Shown: one piece after another, positions 48,121 through 57,328 of the stretch
Position numbering within the stretch: position 1 is the stretch's first letter
Layout: each line of letters starts with the position of its first letter
Assembly (NCBI GenBank): GCA_016215455.1
Contig: JACRJP010000002.1
Location: 151,622-215,621 of the forward strand
Length of the DNA: 64,000 nucleotides
From: Candidatus Tayloriibacteriota bacterium
GTDB lineage: Bacteria; Patescibacteriota; Minisyncoccia; Phycocordibacterales; PALSA-1337
Direction: 5' to 3'
The notes under the pieces: generated by a model
The model's database searches: none
Told to the model about the DNA's origin: nothing
What the model saw: only the letters and a program-made list of their open reading frames with translations
Translations under genes and position numbers: made by a program

Positions 48121-48340
48121 GGATAGATTGCACTTAGGTCGCAAATCGTGTCTCCTACCACCTCAACGGGGGGTTTTGGGTGAGCCTCCCTTGCTGGTGG
48201 ATGAGTTTCAAGAAGTCTGGGAAAGACCATTCCCAAAAGTATGCGTGTTGGCAACATACGCTACACTTCACGAACTCACACGTTTTGTGGGCCGGGCCGG
48301 CTTCGCTCCATTCCTCCCCGAAGCCGGCCTATCTTTATTT
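48121..48340 (+). ncRNA. Candidate multi-branch structured RNA of unknown family
   Basis: TTGATT..TATACT promoter; closing stem 48137-48151/48278-48293; four internal helices incl. GCAA tetraloop; 11-bp terminal hairpin plus T-rich tail. Confidence 0.5.
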
Positions 48341-48531
48341 AATTTTTTCGAGTAAAACTGTTTCTTGTCCAAACTATCTCAGTTTGCTATACTCACAGGG
48401 TGAACAGAGCGATTTCCATTTCAGGTATTTCAATTATCAACCACTAATAAAAGTGGGGTCTCGCTCATATCTCCGTAACAAAAATTTAGATACGAGCCAG
48501 GCCCTGAAAAGGGCCTGCGCCATGTATATTT

Positions 48532-51500
48532 ATGTCTGATACACTACAACAACCCGCAGAAGGAGGTACTTCTCCTGAGAAAACAGAACACGCTCTACGT
48601 GAAGAGAGGGTACTTAACTTTTGGAATGTTCAAGGAATTTTCCAAAAATCTCTCAAAAAAGATTCTCCGAAAGGTGAGTTTGTATTTTACGATGGTCCTC
48701 CTTTTGCTACAGGTACTCCTCACTACGGACATATTCTTGCTGGAACAATTAAAGATGTCATTCCGCGTTATAAGACAATGCAAGGGTATCATGTTCCTCG
48801 TCGTTGGGGTTGGGATTGTCACGGTCTTCCTCTCGAAAATCTTATTGAAAAAGAACTTAATCTTGCATCAAAAAAAGATATTGAAATTCTTGGTGTAGGT
48901 AAATTTAATGAAGCTGCACGAAATGCAGTGCTTCGCTATGCTCATGTGTGGAAAGAGCAGGTGCCTCGATTGGGACGTTGGGTAGACATGGAAAATGACT
49001 ATCGAACAATGGATGCGTCATATACCGAGTCTGTTTGGTGGGTGTTTCAGAATCTGTATAACAAGGGACTTATTTATGAAAGTTTTAAGTCGATGCACCT
49101 CTGTCCTCGTTGTGGTACGACACTGTCAAATTTTGAAGTAAATCAAGGATATAAAGACATCACTGATATTTCAGTGTATGTAAAATTTGAAATTCTTGGT
49201 GAAAAAAATACATATCTCCTCGCGTGGACGACAACACCATGGACATTACCAGGTAACGTTGCTCTTGCTGTTGGAAGTGATATTGAATATGTCAAAATAA
49301 AAATAGGGGAGGCTGTATACATTCTTGCAAAAGATCGACTCTCTGTTGTAAAAGAAAACTATGAAATAGTGTCAGAGTTAAAAGGTAGTGAACTTGTTGG
49401 TAAAAAATACAAACCTGTATTTGAGTACTATTCCAATGATACAAAATTAGAAAATCGTCAGAATGGTTGGAAGGTATATGCTGCGCCATTTGTTACCACA
49501 ACAGACGGTACTGGAATTGTTCATATAGCTCCAGCGTACGGTGCTGATGACTATGATTTGTCTCAAAAAGAAAAGACCCCATTCATTCAACATGTTGGTG
49601 TTGATGGAAAATTTAAAAAAGAAGTTACAGATTTTGCAGGTCTTACTGCCAAGCCAAAAGGGGAGAAGGATGAGAAAGATCCTCACCAAAAAAGTGATAT
49701 TGAGGTCATCAAGTATCTTGCTGCAAAGAATGTGCTTTTTGCAAAAGAAAAAATAGTTCACTCGTACCCACATTGTTGGAGATGTGAAACTCCACTTTTG
49801 AATTACGCTACGTCTTCATGGTTCGTAAAGGTAACCGATTTCAAAGATAAACTTGTTAAGGCAAATAAAAAAGTAGGTTGGACACCATCACTTGTTGGAG
49901 AAAATCGTTTTGGAAAATGGCTTGAAGGTGCGCGTGATTGGGCAATTTCACGTTCTCGATATTGGGGAGCTCCAATTCCTGTGTGGAAGTCAGAAGATGG
50001 TAAAGAGGTATTTGTACCGTGTTCTGTTGCTGATATGCGAGCACGAGGCAAACGAACAACAAATTTCTTTCTTATGCGTCACGGTGAGACCGAGTATAAT
50101 CAGAAAGGCTTAATAAGTCCTGAGAAAGATATACCAGATCATCTTACTATCGATGGTCGAGAGCAGGTGAAGGTTTCAGCTGATAGACTTAAATCTCACC
50201 TCGGTTCATCAAATATTGACGTCATCGTTGCATCTCCTTTTGTGAGAACACGTGAGACGGTTACTATTGTTTCTGAAATACTTGGTGTACCACGATCTGC
50301 AATCATATTTGATGATCGACTAGGTGAAGTACATGCAGATGCTTTCAAAGGCCGTCCATGGAAAGAGTATCTTAATTTGTTTAAGGATCGTGATGAAGCA
50401 TATGTCAAAAATATTGATGGAGTTGAAAACCTTTCTCATGTTCGTGCTCGGGTTGGGGAAGTGTTATATGAACTCAATACTAAATTTGCAGGAAAGAATG
50501 TGCTCATTGTAAGTCATGGCACACCACTCAAAAATATTCTTGCAGTATCTCTTGGTAAAAATACCGATGCATCAATACCAATGTTTGATAATGCAGAAGT
50601 ACGGAAACTTGATTTTGTTCCACTTCCACATAATGAAAAATACGAACTTGATTTTCATCGACCGTTTATCGATGATGTCACTTTTTTGGATTCACGAGGT
50701 GGTGTCATGCGCCGTGTCCCCGATGTCTTTGATTGTTGGTTTGAATCAGGTTCAATGCCATATGGTGAAGCGCATTATATGGGCCGACCAGTAGCCACAT
50801 TTGATCCTAAGGGAGGATTGTTGAGAAGTAAAAAAGGTTTTCCTGCTGATTTTATCGCCGAAGGACTCGATCAGACACGAGGTTGGTTCTATTCAATGAT
50901 GGTGCTCGGTGTCGCTCTCTTTGGAAAAAGCCCTTACAAACACGTCATTGTTAATGGTCTTATTCTCGCTGAAGATGGACGCAAGATGTCAAAGAGTTTA
51001 AAAAACTTTCCAGATCCAATGGATGTGGTAGGTAAGTACGGTATGGATGCTGTGCGATATTACCTTCTTTCATCTCAAGCTGTTGCAGGGGAAGATCTTT
51101 GTTTTAGTGAAAAAGGAGTTGATGATGTTGTTAAGAAAGTAATTAATCGTCTCAATAATGTTGTTTCTTTCTATGAGATGTACGCAAAGAATACCAAGAA
51201 TATTCTTCCTCACGCTAATTCGAAAAATATTCTCGATATATGGATCATTTCTCGTCTTAATGAAACTATTATGAAAGTGACCACAGGACTCGAAAACTAC
51301 GAACTCAATACAGCAATCCGTCCAGTATATGATTTCATTGAAGATCTTTCGGTGTGGTATCTCAGACGTTCACGAGATCGTTTTAAGTCTGATGATGTTG
51401 AAGATAAACAAGCGGCGCTCATTACGACTCAGTATGTACTTATCGAACTCTCAAAAATTATGGCACCTTTCATGCCGTTTCTTGCAGAGGATATGTACAG

Positions 51501-52083
51501 TCGGGTAAAAACTGACAGTATGCCAGAGAGTGTTCACCTTACCGTATGGCCAGTCGCTACAAAAATACATACTGATGTAATTGTTCGTATGCAAGAAGTT
51601 CGTAAATTAGTAACCCTCGGTCTCGAAGCTCGTACAAAAGCAAAGATAAATGTCCGTCAGCCACTTGCACGACTCATGGTAACTCCGAGTGATATTACTA
51701 AAAAGATTCTTGCTGAAGATGAACTTGTTGCACTGATTCGTGATGAGGTAAACGTAAAAGATGTGGTCGTTGATTCAGGTGTCACTGAAGGTGTTACACT
51801 CGATCTCAGTATCTCTGATGAGCTTAAAGAAGAGGGAACTGTACGTGAACTCATTCGTGCAATTCAAGATCTTCGTAAAGAAATTGGTTTAAATGTCGGT
51901 GATACAGCTACGTTGTCATATGAAGCAACAGGGACTATTGCAGATGTCATCTCAAAGAACGCAGCAGCTCTCATGAAGGCAACACAACTTACAAAGATCT
52001 CTCCGGTGACGTTCCCTCAAGAAAATTCAGCAAAAACAATTACTGTTGCTGATGCTGCGGTGAAGATTCTAATTTCTCGATAG
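48532..52083 (+). CDS. ileS: Isoleucine-tRNA ligase (type 2) with inserted histidine phosphatase domain
   Basis: DGPPFATG.PHYGH, GWDCHGLP, WTTTPWTLP, EGLDQTRGWF, KMSKS; RHGET..HG insert. Confidence 0.96.
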   Translation: MSDTLQQPAEGGTSPEKTEHALREERVLNFWNVQGIFQKSLKKDSPKGEFVFYDGPPFATGTPHYGHILAGTIKDVIPRYKTMQGYHVPRRWGWDCHGLPLENLIEKELNLASKKDIEILGVGKFNEAARNAVLRYAHVWKEQVPRLGRWVDMENDYRTMDASYTESVWWVFQNLYNKGLIYESFKSMHLCPRCGTTLSNFEVNQGYKDITDISVYVKFEILGEKNTYLLAWTTTPWTLPGNVALAVGSDIEYVKIKIGEAVYILAKDRLSVVKENYEIVSELKGSELVGKKYKPVFEYYSNDTKLENRQNGWKVYAAPFVTTTDGTGIVHIAPAYGADDYDLSQKEKTPFIQHVGVDGKFKKEVTDFAGLTAKPKGEKDEKDPHQKSDIEVIKYLAAKNVLFAKEKIVHSYPHCWRCETPLLNYATSSWFVKVTDFKDKLVKANKKVGWTPSLVGENRFGKWLEGARDWAISRSRYWGAPIPVWKSEDGKEVFVPCSVADMRARGKRTTNFFLMRHGETEYNQKGLISPEKDIPDHLTIDGREQVKVSADRLKSHLGSSNIDVIVASPFVRTRETVTIVSEILGVPRSAIIFDDRLGEVHADAFKGRPWKEYLNLFKDRDEAYVKNIDGVENLSHVRARVGEVLYELNTKFAGKNVLIVSHGTPLKNILAVSLGKNTDASIPMFDNAEVRKLDFVPLPHNEKYELDFHRPFIDDVTFLDSRGGVMRRVPDVFDCWFESGSMPYGEAHYMGRPVATFDPKGGLLRSKKGFPADFIAEGLDQTRGWFYSMMVLGVALFGKSPYKHVIVNGLILAEDGRKMSKSLKNFPDPMDVVGKYGMDAVRYYLLSSQAVAGEDLCFSEKGVDDVVKKVINRLNNVVSFYEMYAKNTKNILPHANSKNILDIWIISRLNETIMKVTTGLENYELNTAIRPVYDFIEDLSVWYLRRSRDRFKSDDVEDKQAALITTQYVLIELSKIMAPFMPFLAEDMYSRVKTDSMPESVHLTVWPVATKIHTDVIVRMQEVRKLVTLGLEARTKAKINVRQPLARLMVTPSDITKKILAEDELVALIRDEVNVKDVVVDSGVTEGVTLDLSISDELKEEGTVRELIRAIQDLRKEIGLNVGDTATLSYEATGTIADVISKNAAALMKATQLTKISPVTFPQENSAKTITVADAAVKILISR

Positions 52084-52085
52084 GT

Positions 52086-52670
52086 ATGTATCATATTCAC
52101 CACACTCTTGGGGTGATTACACAAACAGTACCTCACGGAGAAGCAAATCGTCTCTACTCTATTCTCACTCAAGATTTGGGTCTTGTGCGGGTTCATGCTC
52201 AAGGGGTACGCCTCGGTAAGTCAAAACTCAAAAGTCATCTCGTTCCGTACGTTGTAAAAGAATTTTCTTTTGTACGGGGAAAAGAAATATGGCGTCTTAC
52301 GACGGTAAAAGAATCTTCTGAATATCCTCACCATATTACTGATGAAAAAGCACGAAAAGTGTATGCGAGAATCTTGGCAGCAATTACGCGTCTTGTTTCA
52401 GGCGAAGAACATCAACCGTCGATTTTCACGGTTGTGTCTGCGTGTTTGGTGTATTTGTCTCAGGAAACAACCTCGGAGGCTCTTGAGGCTGTAGAACTCA
52501 TTACGATGGTTCGTATCCTGTATGAACTTGGGTATATTGATAAGACTACGTACCTTACACCTATTCTTGAGACTACAACATTTACTCCAGATGAGATTAC
52601 TCAAGTACTCGCAGCTCGTACGACAATTACTCACGACATCAACACTGCTCTCAAAGCCAGTCAGTTGTAA
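52086..52670 (+). CDS. recO: DNA repair protein RecO (short form)
   Basis: GEANR...ILTQDLGLV...AQGVR..KSKL OB fold. Confidence 0.85.
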   Translation: MYHIHHTLGVITQTVPHGEANRLYSILTQDLGLVRVHAQGVRLGKSKLKSHLVPYVVKEFSFVRGKEIWRLTTVKESSEYPHHITDEKARKVYARILAAITRLVSGEEHQPSIFTVVSACLVYLSQETTSEALEAVELITMVRILYELGYIDKTTYLTPILETTTFTPDEITQVLAARTTITHDINTALKASQL

Positions 52671-52689
52671 TGTGGTATACTGTTCCAAT

Positions 52690-54630
52690 ATGGTAGATCA
52701 AGGTGACCAGAGTAAAATCGAAGCCCTTAAAAAAGGTTTGTATTCTCGAAACGCCCCCGACGTGCGTCATAAACATCATGCTGGTCTTGAAGAAGATCAC
52801 TATGATGTAAAGACGGATTGGGAACACCCACAAGAACCAGTGGAGGAAGTTCGTTTAAACGAAGAATACGAAGATCATCACATGTCATTTTTCACGAAGC
52901 TTCTTATTGCCTCGGGTATATTTTTTGTACTTGCACTTGGTGTTGGTGCGTATCTTTTCTTTCAAGGAAGTAATATGGTTTCGGCAAACAATGTCGATAT
53001 CATGATCGAAGGTCCTGTATCAGTTTCTGGTGGGGAACCGTTAGGATTCCAAGTTCAGGTGTATAATAAAAATAATATTAAACTCGAACTCGTCGACCTT
53101 ACTGTAGAATTTCCTGCAGGCACAGCTGACCCTGATGATTCAACAAAAGAACTACGACGATTCCGTGAGTTTATGGATGATATTAATCCAGGGGGAGTTT
53201 CTCAAAAAACTGTTCGAGCAATCCTCTATGGTGAAGAAAATAGTCGTAAGCAGGTAAAGGTAAGAGTGGAATATCGAGTAAAAGGTTCGAATGCTATAAA
53301 TTATAAAGAAAAAGACTATGAGGTAGCGATTACTTCAGCACCTATCAATATATCCATTTCATCATTCAAAGAAGTAAATTCAGGTCAGGAATTTGAAATG
53401 GCAGTACAGGTAACCTCAAACTCTCAAGAGGTGCTTAAGAATATTTTGCTCAAGGCAGTGTATCCTTTTGGATATACATTCATTTCATCTGATGTGAAGC
53501 CGATATACGACAATGCAACATGGAAAATCGGCGATCTTCCTCCAAAAGGAAAGCGTACAATTAAGATCAAAGGTAGAATCGATGGTCAGGATGATGAAGA
53601 GCGTGTTATACGATTCGCACTCGGTGTGCAGAGTATTAAGAGTGACAAGATCATCGGCACTGAATTTGTTACTACTGCTCAAAATATTCTTGTTAAGAAA
53701 CCATTCTTGAGTACTGAAGTTGCTTTTGATGGAGATACGACGATTCAAGAATATGTCAGTCAGTTTAATAATCAGGTTCAGGTGGAGATTTCTTGGTTCA
53801 ACAACCTTCCGACTTCAGTTATTGATGGAGAAATTCGTGTAAAACTCTCAGGTAGTGCATTTGATAAGGCTTCAGTTAGTCCTGATCAAGGTTTCTATCG
53901 TTCTGCAGAGAATGAAATTGTATGGAATAAGATTACATCAAAGAGTCTTGCTTCAATCGGTGCAGGGGAAAGTGGTCGTGTCTCATTCCGTATCACACCA
54001 CGTAATTTGAGCACTCAAGCTCGACAGGTTATCAATCCAGATATTGGAATTGATGTCAGTGTAAAAGCAAATCGTGTTTCAGATGGATCGAATGTACCAC
54101 AAGTTATCGCTTCAACTGTTAAAAAGAAAATCAAAGTTGGTTCATCAGCATCTCTCGCATCACAAGTGTTGTATTCAACTGGGCCTCTTACAAATACCGG
54201 TCCATTTCCTCCAAAAGCCGAAACACCTACAACATTTACGGTTCTCTGGACTATCTATAACACTTCAAGTAATATTTCGAATGCAGAAGTTCGTTCTTCG
54301 TTACCGGCATATGTGAAGTGGGTTGATAAGGTGGCTCCATCTAATGAGAATATCGTTTATAACCCTGTAGACGGTAGTATTATATGGAAAGCCGGTAGTA
54401 TTGCAGCTAATACGGGTACAGATGCGAATAAGCGTCAGGTGGCATTCCAGATTTCTTTGACGCCGAGTGTAAGTCAGGTAGGGCAGTCGCCAGTTCTCAT
54501 TAACGAAGCGGTATTCAGTGCGATAGATCAATTTACAAACACTCAAATTGAAACAAATCTATCCGGGCAGACAACAGAACTTCAGGATGATTCTCGCTAT
54601 GCAGGTAATGGAGGTGCGGTACAACGATAA
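52690..54630 (+). CDS. Single-pass membrane protein with tandem Ig-like beta domains
   Basis: One TM, then repeated beta-rich modules (WKIGDL, IVWN, IIWKAG). Confidence 0.75.
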   Translation: MVDQGDQSKIEALKKGLYSRNAPDVRHKHHAGLEEDHYDVKTDWEHPQEPVEEVRLNEEYEDHHMSFFTKLLIASGIFFVLALGVGAYLFFQGSNMVSANNVDIMIEGPVSVSGGEPLGFQVQVYNKNNIKLELVDLTVEFPAGTADPDDSTKELRRFREFMDDINPGGVSQKTVRAILYGEENSRKQVKVRVEYRVKGSNAINYKEKDYEVAITSAPINISISSFKEVNSGQEFEMAVQVTSNSQEVLKNILLKAVYPFGYTFISSDVKPIYDNATWKIGDLPPKGKRTIKIKGRIDGQDDEERVIRFALGVQSIKSDKIIGTEFVTTAQNILVKKPFLSTEVAFDGDTTIQEYVSQFNNQVQVEISWFNNLPTSVIDGEIRVKLSGSAFDKASVSPDQGFYRSAENEIVWNKITSKSLASIGAGESGRVSFRITPRNLSTQARQVINPDIGIDVSVKANRVSDGSNVPQVIASTVKKKIKVGSSASLASQVLYSTGPLTNTGPFPPKAETPTTFTVLWTIYNTSSNISNAEVRSSLPAYVKWVDKVAPSNENIVYNPVDGSIIWKAGSIAANTGTDANKRQVAFQISLTPSVSQVGQSPVLINEAVFSAIDQFTNTQIETNLSGQTTELQDDSRYAGNGGAVQR

Positions 54631-54647
54631 CGAACAAACTAACGATT

Positions 54648-56033
54648 ATGAAAAAAGAACGAAATGAATTGATGGAAGAAATAGTATCGCTCTCAAAGCG
54701 CCGTGGTTTTATCTACCAAGGTTCTGAAATTTATGGTGGTCTCGCTGGTACATGGGATTACGGTCCCTACGGTGTTGCTCTAAAAAACAACATTACATCT
54801 CTGTGGTGGAAGCGTTTTGTAGATGATCGAGATGATATGTATGGTGTCGATGCTGCTATTCTCATGCATCAGAACGTCTGGAAGGCGAGTGGACACGTTG
54901 GTGGTTTTGCTGATCCTCTTGTGACTGATGTGAAGACGAATAAGCGATATCGAGCAGACCATCTTCTTGAAGAAATGGGTGTTGATCCAAAAGGTATGAC
55001 ACTCGATAAAATGACTGAAGTCATTCGAGAGAAGAAGATCAAGAGTCCTGAAGGTAACGACGTTAGTGACGTACGTCAGTTTAATATGATGTTCAAGACA
55101 CATGTCGGTGCACTTGAAGATGATGCCTCTATTTCATATCTCCGTCCTGAAACAGCGCAGGGTCTCTTTGTGAACTTTAAAAATATTATTGATACCTTTC
55201 ATCCGAAACTTCCATTCGGTCTTGCTCAGATTGGTAAGGCATTTCGAAACGAGATTGCTCCTCGTGACTTCATCTTCCGTGTACGCGAACTTGAACAGAT
55301 GGAAATTGAATATTTTGTTCGTCCAACAGATTGGAAGGGAACATTTGAACATTTTCTTGCACAACAGAAAGAATTTTTGACAAAGGATCTTGGTCTAAAT
55401 ACATCAAAGATTCATGTCGTTGATATTCCTGAAGCTGATCGGGCACATTACTCAAAGCATAGTGTTGATCATGAATTTGATTTTCCATTTGGTCAGAAGG
55501 AATTGCTCGGTCTTGCATATCGAACAGATTTCGATCTCAAGCAACACACGGAACATAGTGGTACTGATCTTTCATACTATGATGAAGAAACAAAAGAGCG
55601 CTTTATTCCACATTGTATCGAGCCAACGTTTGGTGTTGGTCGTCTCATGCTCGCGGTGATCTCTGACGCATATACTGTTGATGAACTCGGTGGTGAAAAG
55701 CGCACCTATCTCAAATTTGCTCCAAGTGTTGCTCCGGTGAAAGTTGCAGTGTTTCCATTACTTAAGAATAAGCCACAGTTGATTGATAAGGCTCAGGAAG
55801 TATTTAAGATGCTCCGCAAAGAAATAAAAGGAGTTGTCTTTGATGATAATGGTAATATTGGTAAACGATATCGTCGACAAGATGAAATTGGTACACCATT
55901 TTGTGTAACTATCGACTTTGATACAGTAGAAAAACCAGAAGCTGAAGTAACTATCCGACATCGTGATACAGGAGAGCAGGAGAGAGTAAAGATTTCTGAT
56001 TTACTTACTTATATTAAGACGAAGATAGGTTAA
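54648..56033 (+). CDS. glyQS: Glycine-tRNA ligase (alpha2 type)
   Basis: SEIYGG, LRPETAQG, FRNEI, IEPTFG, IGKRYRRQDEIGTP. Confidence 0.96.
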   Translation: MKKERNELMEEIVSLSKRRGFIYQGSEIYGGLAGTWDYGPYGVALKNNITSLWWKRFVDDRDDMYGVDAAILMHQNVWKASGHVGGFADPLVTDVKTNKRYRADHLLEEMGVDPKGMTLDKMTEVIREKKIKSPEGNDVSDVRQFNMMFKTHVGALEDDASISYLRPETAQGLFVNFKNIIDTFHPKLPFGLAQIGKAFRNEIAPRDFIFRVRELEQMEIEYFVRPTDWKGTFEHFLAQQKEFLTKDLGLNTSKIHVVDIPEADRAHYSKHSVDHEFDFPFGQKELLGLAYRTDFDLKQHTEHSGTDLSYYDEETKERFIPHCIEPTFGVGRLMLAVISDAYTVDELGGEKRTYLKFAPSVAPVKVAVFPLLKNKPQLIDKAQEVFKMLRKEIKGVVFDDNGNIGKRYRRQDEIGTPFCVTIDFDTVEKPEAEVTIRHRDTGEQERVKISDLLTYIKTKIG

Positions 56034-57301
56034 TGAAAACAAATACAACAATACTCAAAAACGGTATACGACTCGTGACGATACCAATGGTTGATAATCC
56101 TGCCGTGACAGTACTTGTTATGGTGTCTGCTGGTTCAAAATATGAAGCAAAAGAGCTTGGTGGTATCTCACATTTTCTTGAACATATGGCGTTTAAGGGT
56201 ACGACACGACGTCCGTCACCACTTATTATCAGTACCGAACTTGATTCAATTGGTGCAGACTATAATGCATTCACTGGGCAGGAATATACGGGCTACTATG
56301 CAAAATCGAGCCCTGATCGATTAGAAATAATTGTTGATGTGCTTGCTGATATGTATATCAATCCTCTTTTTGATGAAAAGGAAATGGAGAAAGAGAAGGG
56401 GGTTATTGTTGAAGAACTACGAATGTATCGAGATCTTCCACAGCGGCATGTTCATAATGTGTTTATGCAATTGGTATACGGAGATCAACCTGCGGGTCGA
56501 GAGATCGGAGGAACAGAAGAAACTGTTAAAAGTTTTACGCGTGATCATTTTATAAAATATCGTGATCAGCACTATGTAGCAGAAGCAACTACGATCGTAG
56601 TGGCTGGTACATTTGATGAAACAAAAATTACTGAATTAATTTCAGATAAGTTTTCGATGATTCTGACGAATAAGAAAATGGATAAGGAAAAGGTGAATGA
56701 TACCCAAACAGAGCCAGCTCTCAGAATAGAGAAGCGACCGACCGATCAGACTCATCTTATTCTCGGTGTTCGGACGTATGGAGTGACTGATGCAAAAGTC
56801 CCAGTCCTTAAACTTATTTCCGGTGTTCTTGGTGCTGGGTTGAGTTCACGCCTCGTGCAAAAGCTTCGTGAAGAAATGGGTGTTTGTTATTACGTAAATG
56901 CTCACAATGATCTTTATACTGATCATGGATTGTTTACAATATCCGCTGGGGTTGATAAGCAACGATTACCCGAAGTTGTTCAAACTCTCATTGCTGAACT
57001 TAATCGACTCAAAAATGAACTCATATCTCCTGAAGAATTAAAAAAGACAAGGGATTATTTAAAAGGAACATTACAACTTGGACTTGAAACATCAGATTCA
57101 CGTGCTGAGTTTGCAGGGTATCAATATATTCTTAAGAATAAGTTTCAAACTCCAGATGAGATCACTCAAGCTCTTGAAGCAGTAACTCCTGAAATGATTC
57201 GTGATGTAGCACGTGATATTTTTGTTACCGAACATCTTAATCTCGCAGTTATTGGAAATGTCGAAGACGAGAAGAAAATCAAGGCCCTGCTTAATTTTTA
57301 A
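56033..57301 (+). CDS. M16 family zinc peptidase
   Basis: HFLEHMAFKGT, NAFT, EKGVIVEE. Confidence 0.94.
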   Translation: MKTNTTILKNGIRLVTIPMVDNPAVTVLVMVSAGSKYEAKELGGISHFLEHMAFKGTTRRPSPLIISTELDSIGADYNAFTGQEYTGYYAKSSPDRLEIIVDVLADMYINPLFDEKEMEKEKGVIVEELRMYRDLPQRHVHNVFMQLVYGDQPAGREIGGTEETVKSFTRDHFIKYRDQHYVAEATTIVVAGTFDETKITELISDKFSMILTNKKMDKEKVNDTQTEPALRIEKRPTDQTHLILGVRTYGVTDAKVPVLKLISGVLGAGLSSRLVQKLREEMGVCYYVNAHNDLYTDHGLFTISAGVDKQRLPEVVQTLIAELNRLKNELISPEELKKTRDYLKGTLQLGLETSDSRAEFAGYQYILKNKFQTPDEITQALEAVTPEMIRDVARDIFVTEHLNLAVIGNVEDEKKIKALLNF

Positions 57302-57328
57302 GACATTCGGTGCTATGATGGGGGAGTT

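Noticed and set aside
48445-48470. T-box in the ileS leader
   Set aside because: UGGG rather than the UGGU needed for tRNA-Ile, no ACC, no antiterminator or specifier stem recognised.
48119-48539. 78-aa and 119-aa ORFs between argS and ileS
   Set aside because: TTG/GTG starts, no recognisable motifs, and both read through a strong terminator-like hairpin; base-pairing explains the region better.
50053-50610. Intein in IleRS
   Set aside because: No Cys/Ser start or His-Asn end; the insert is a histidine phosphatase domain.
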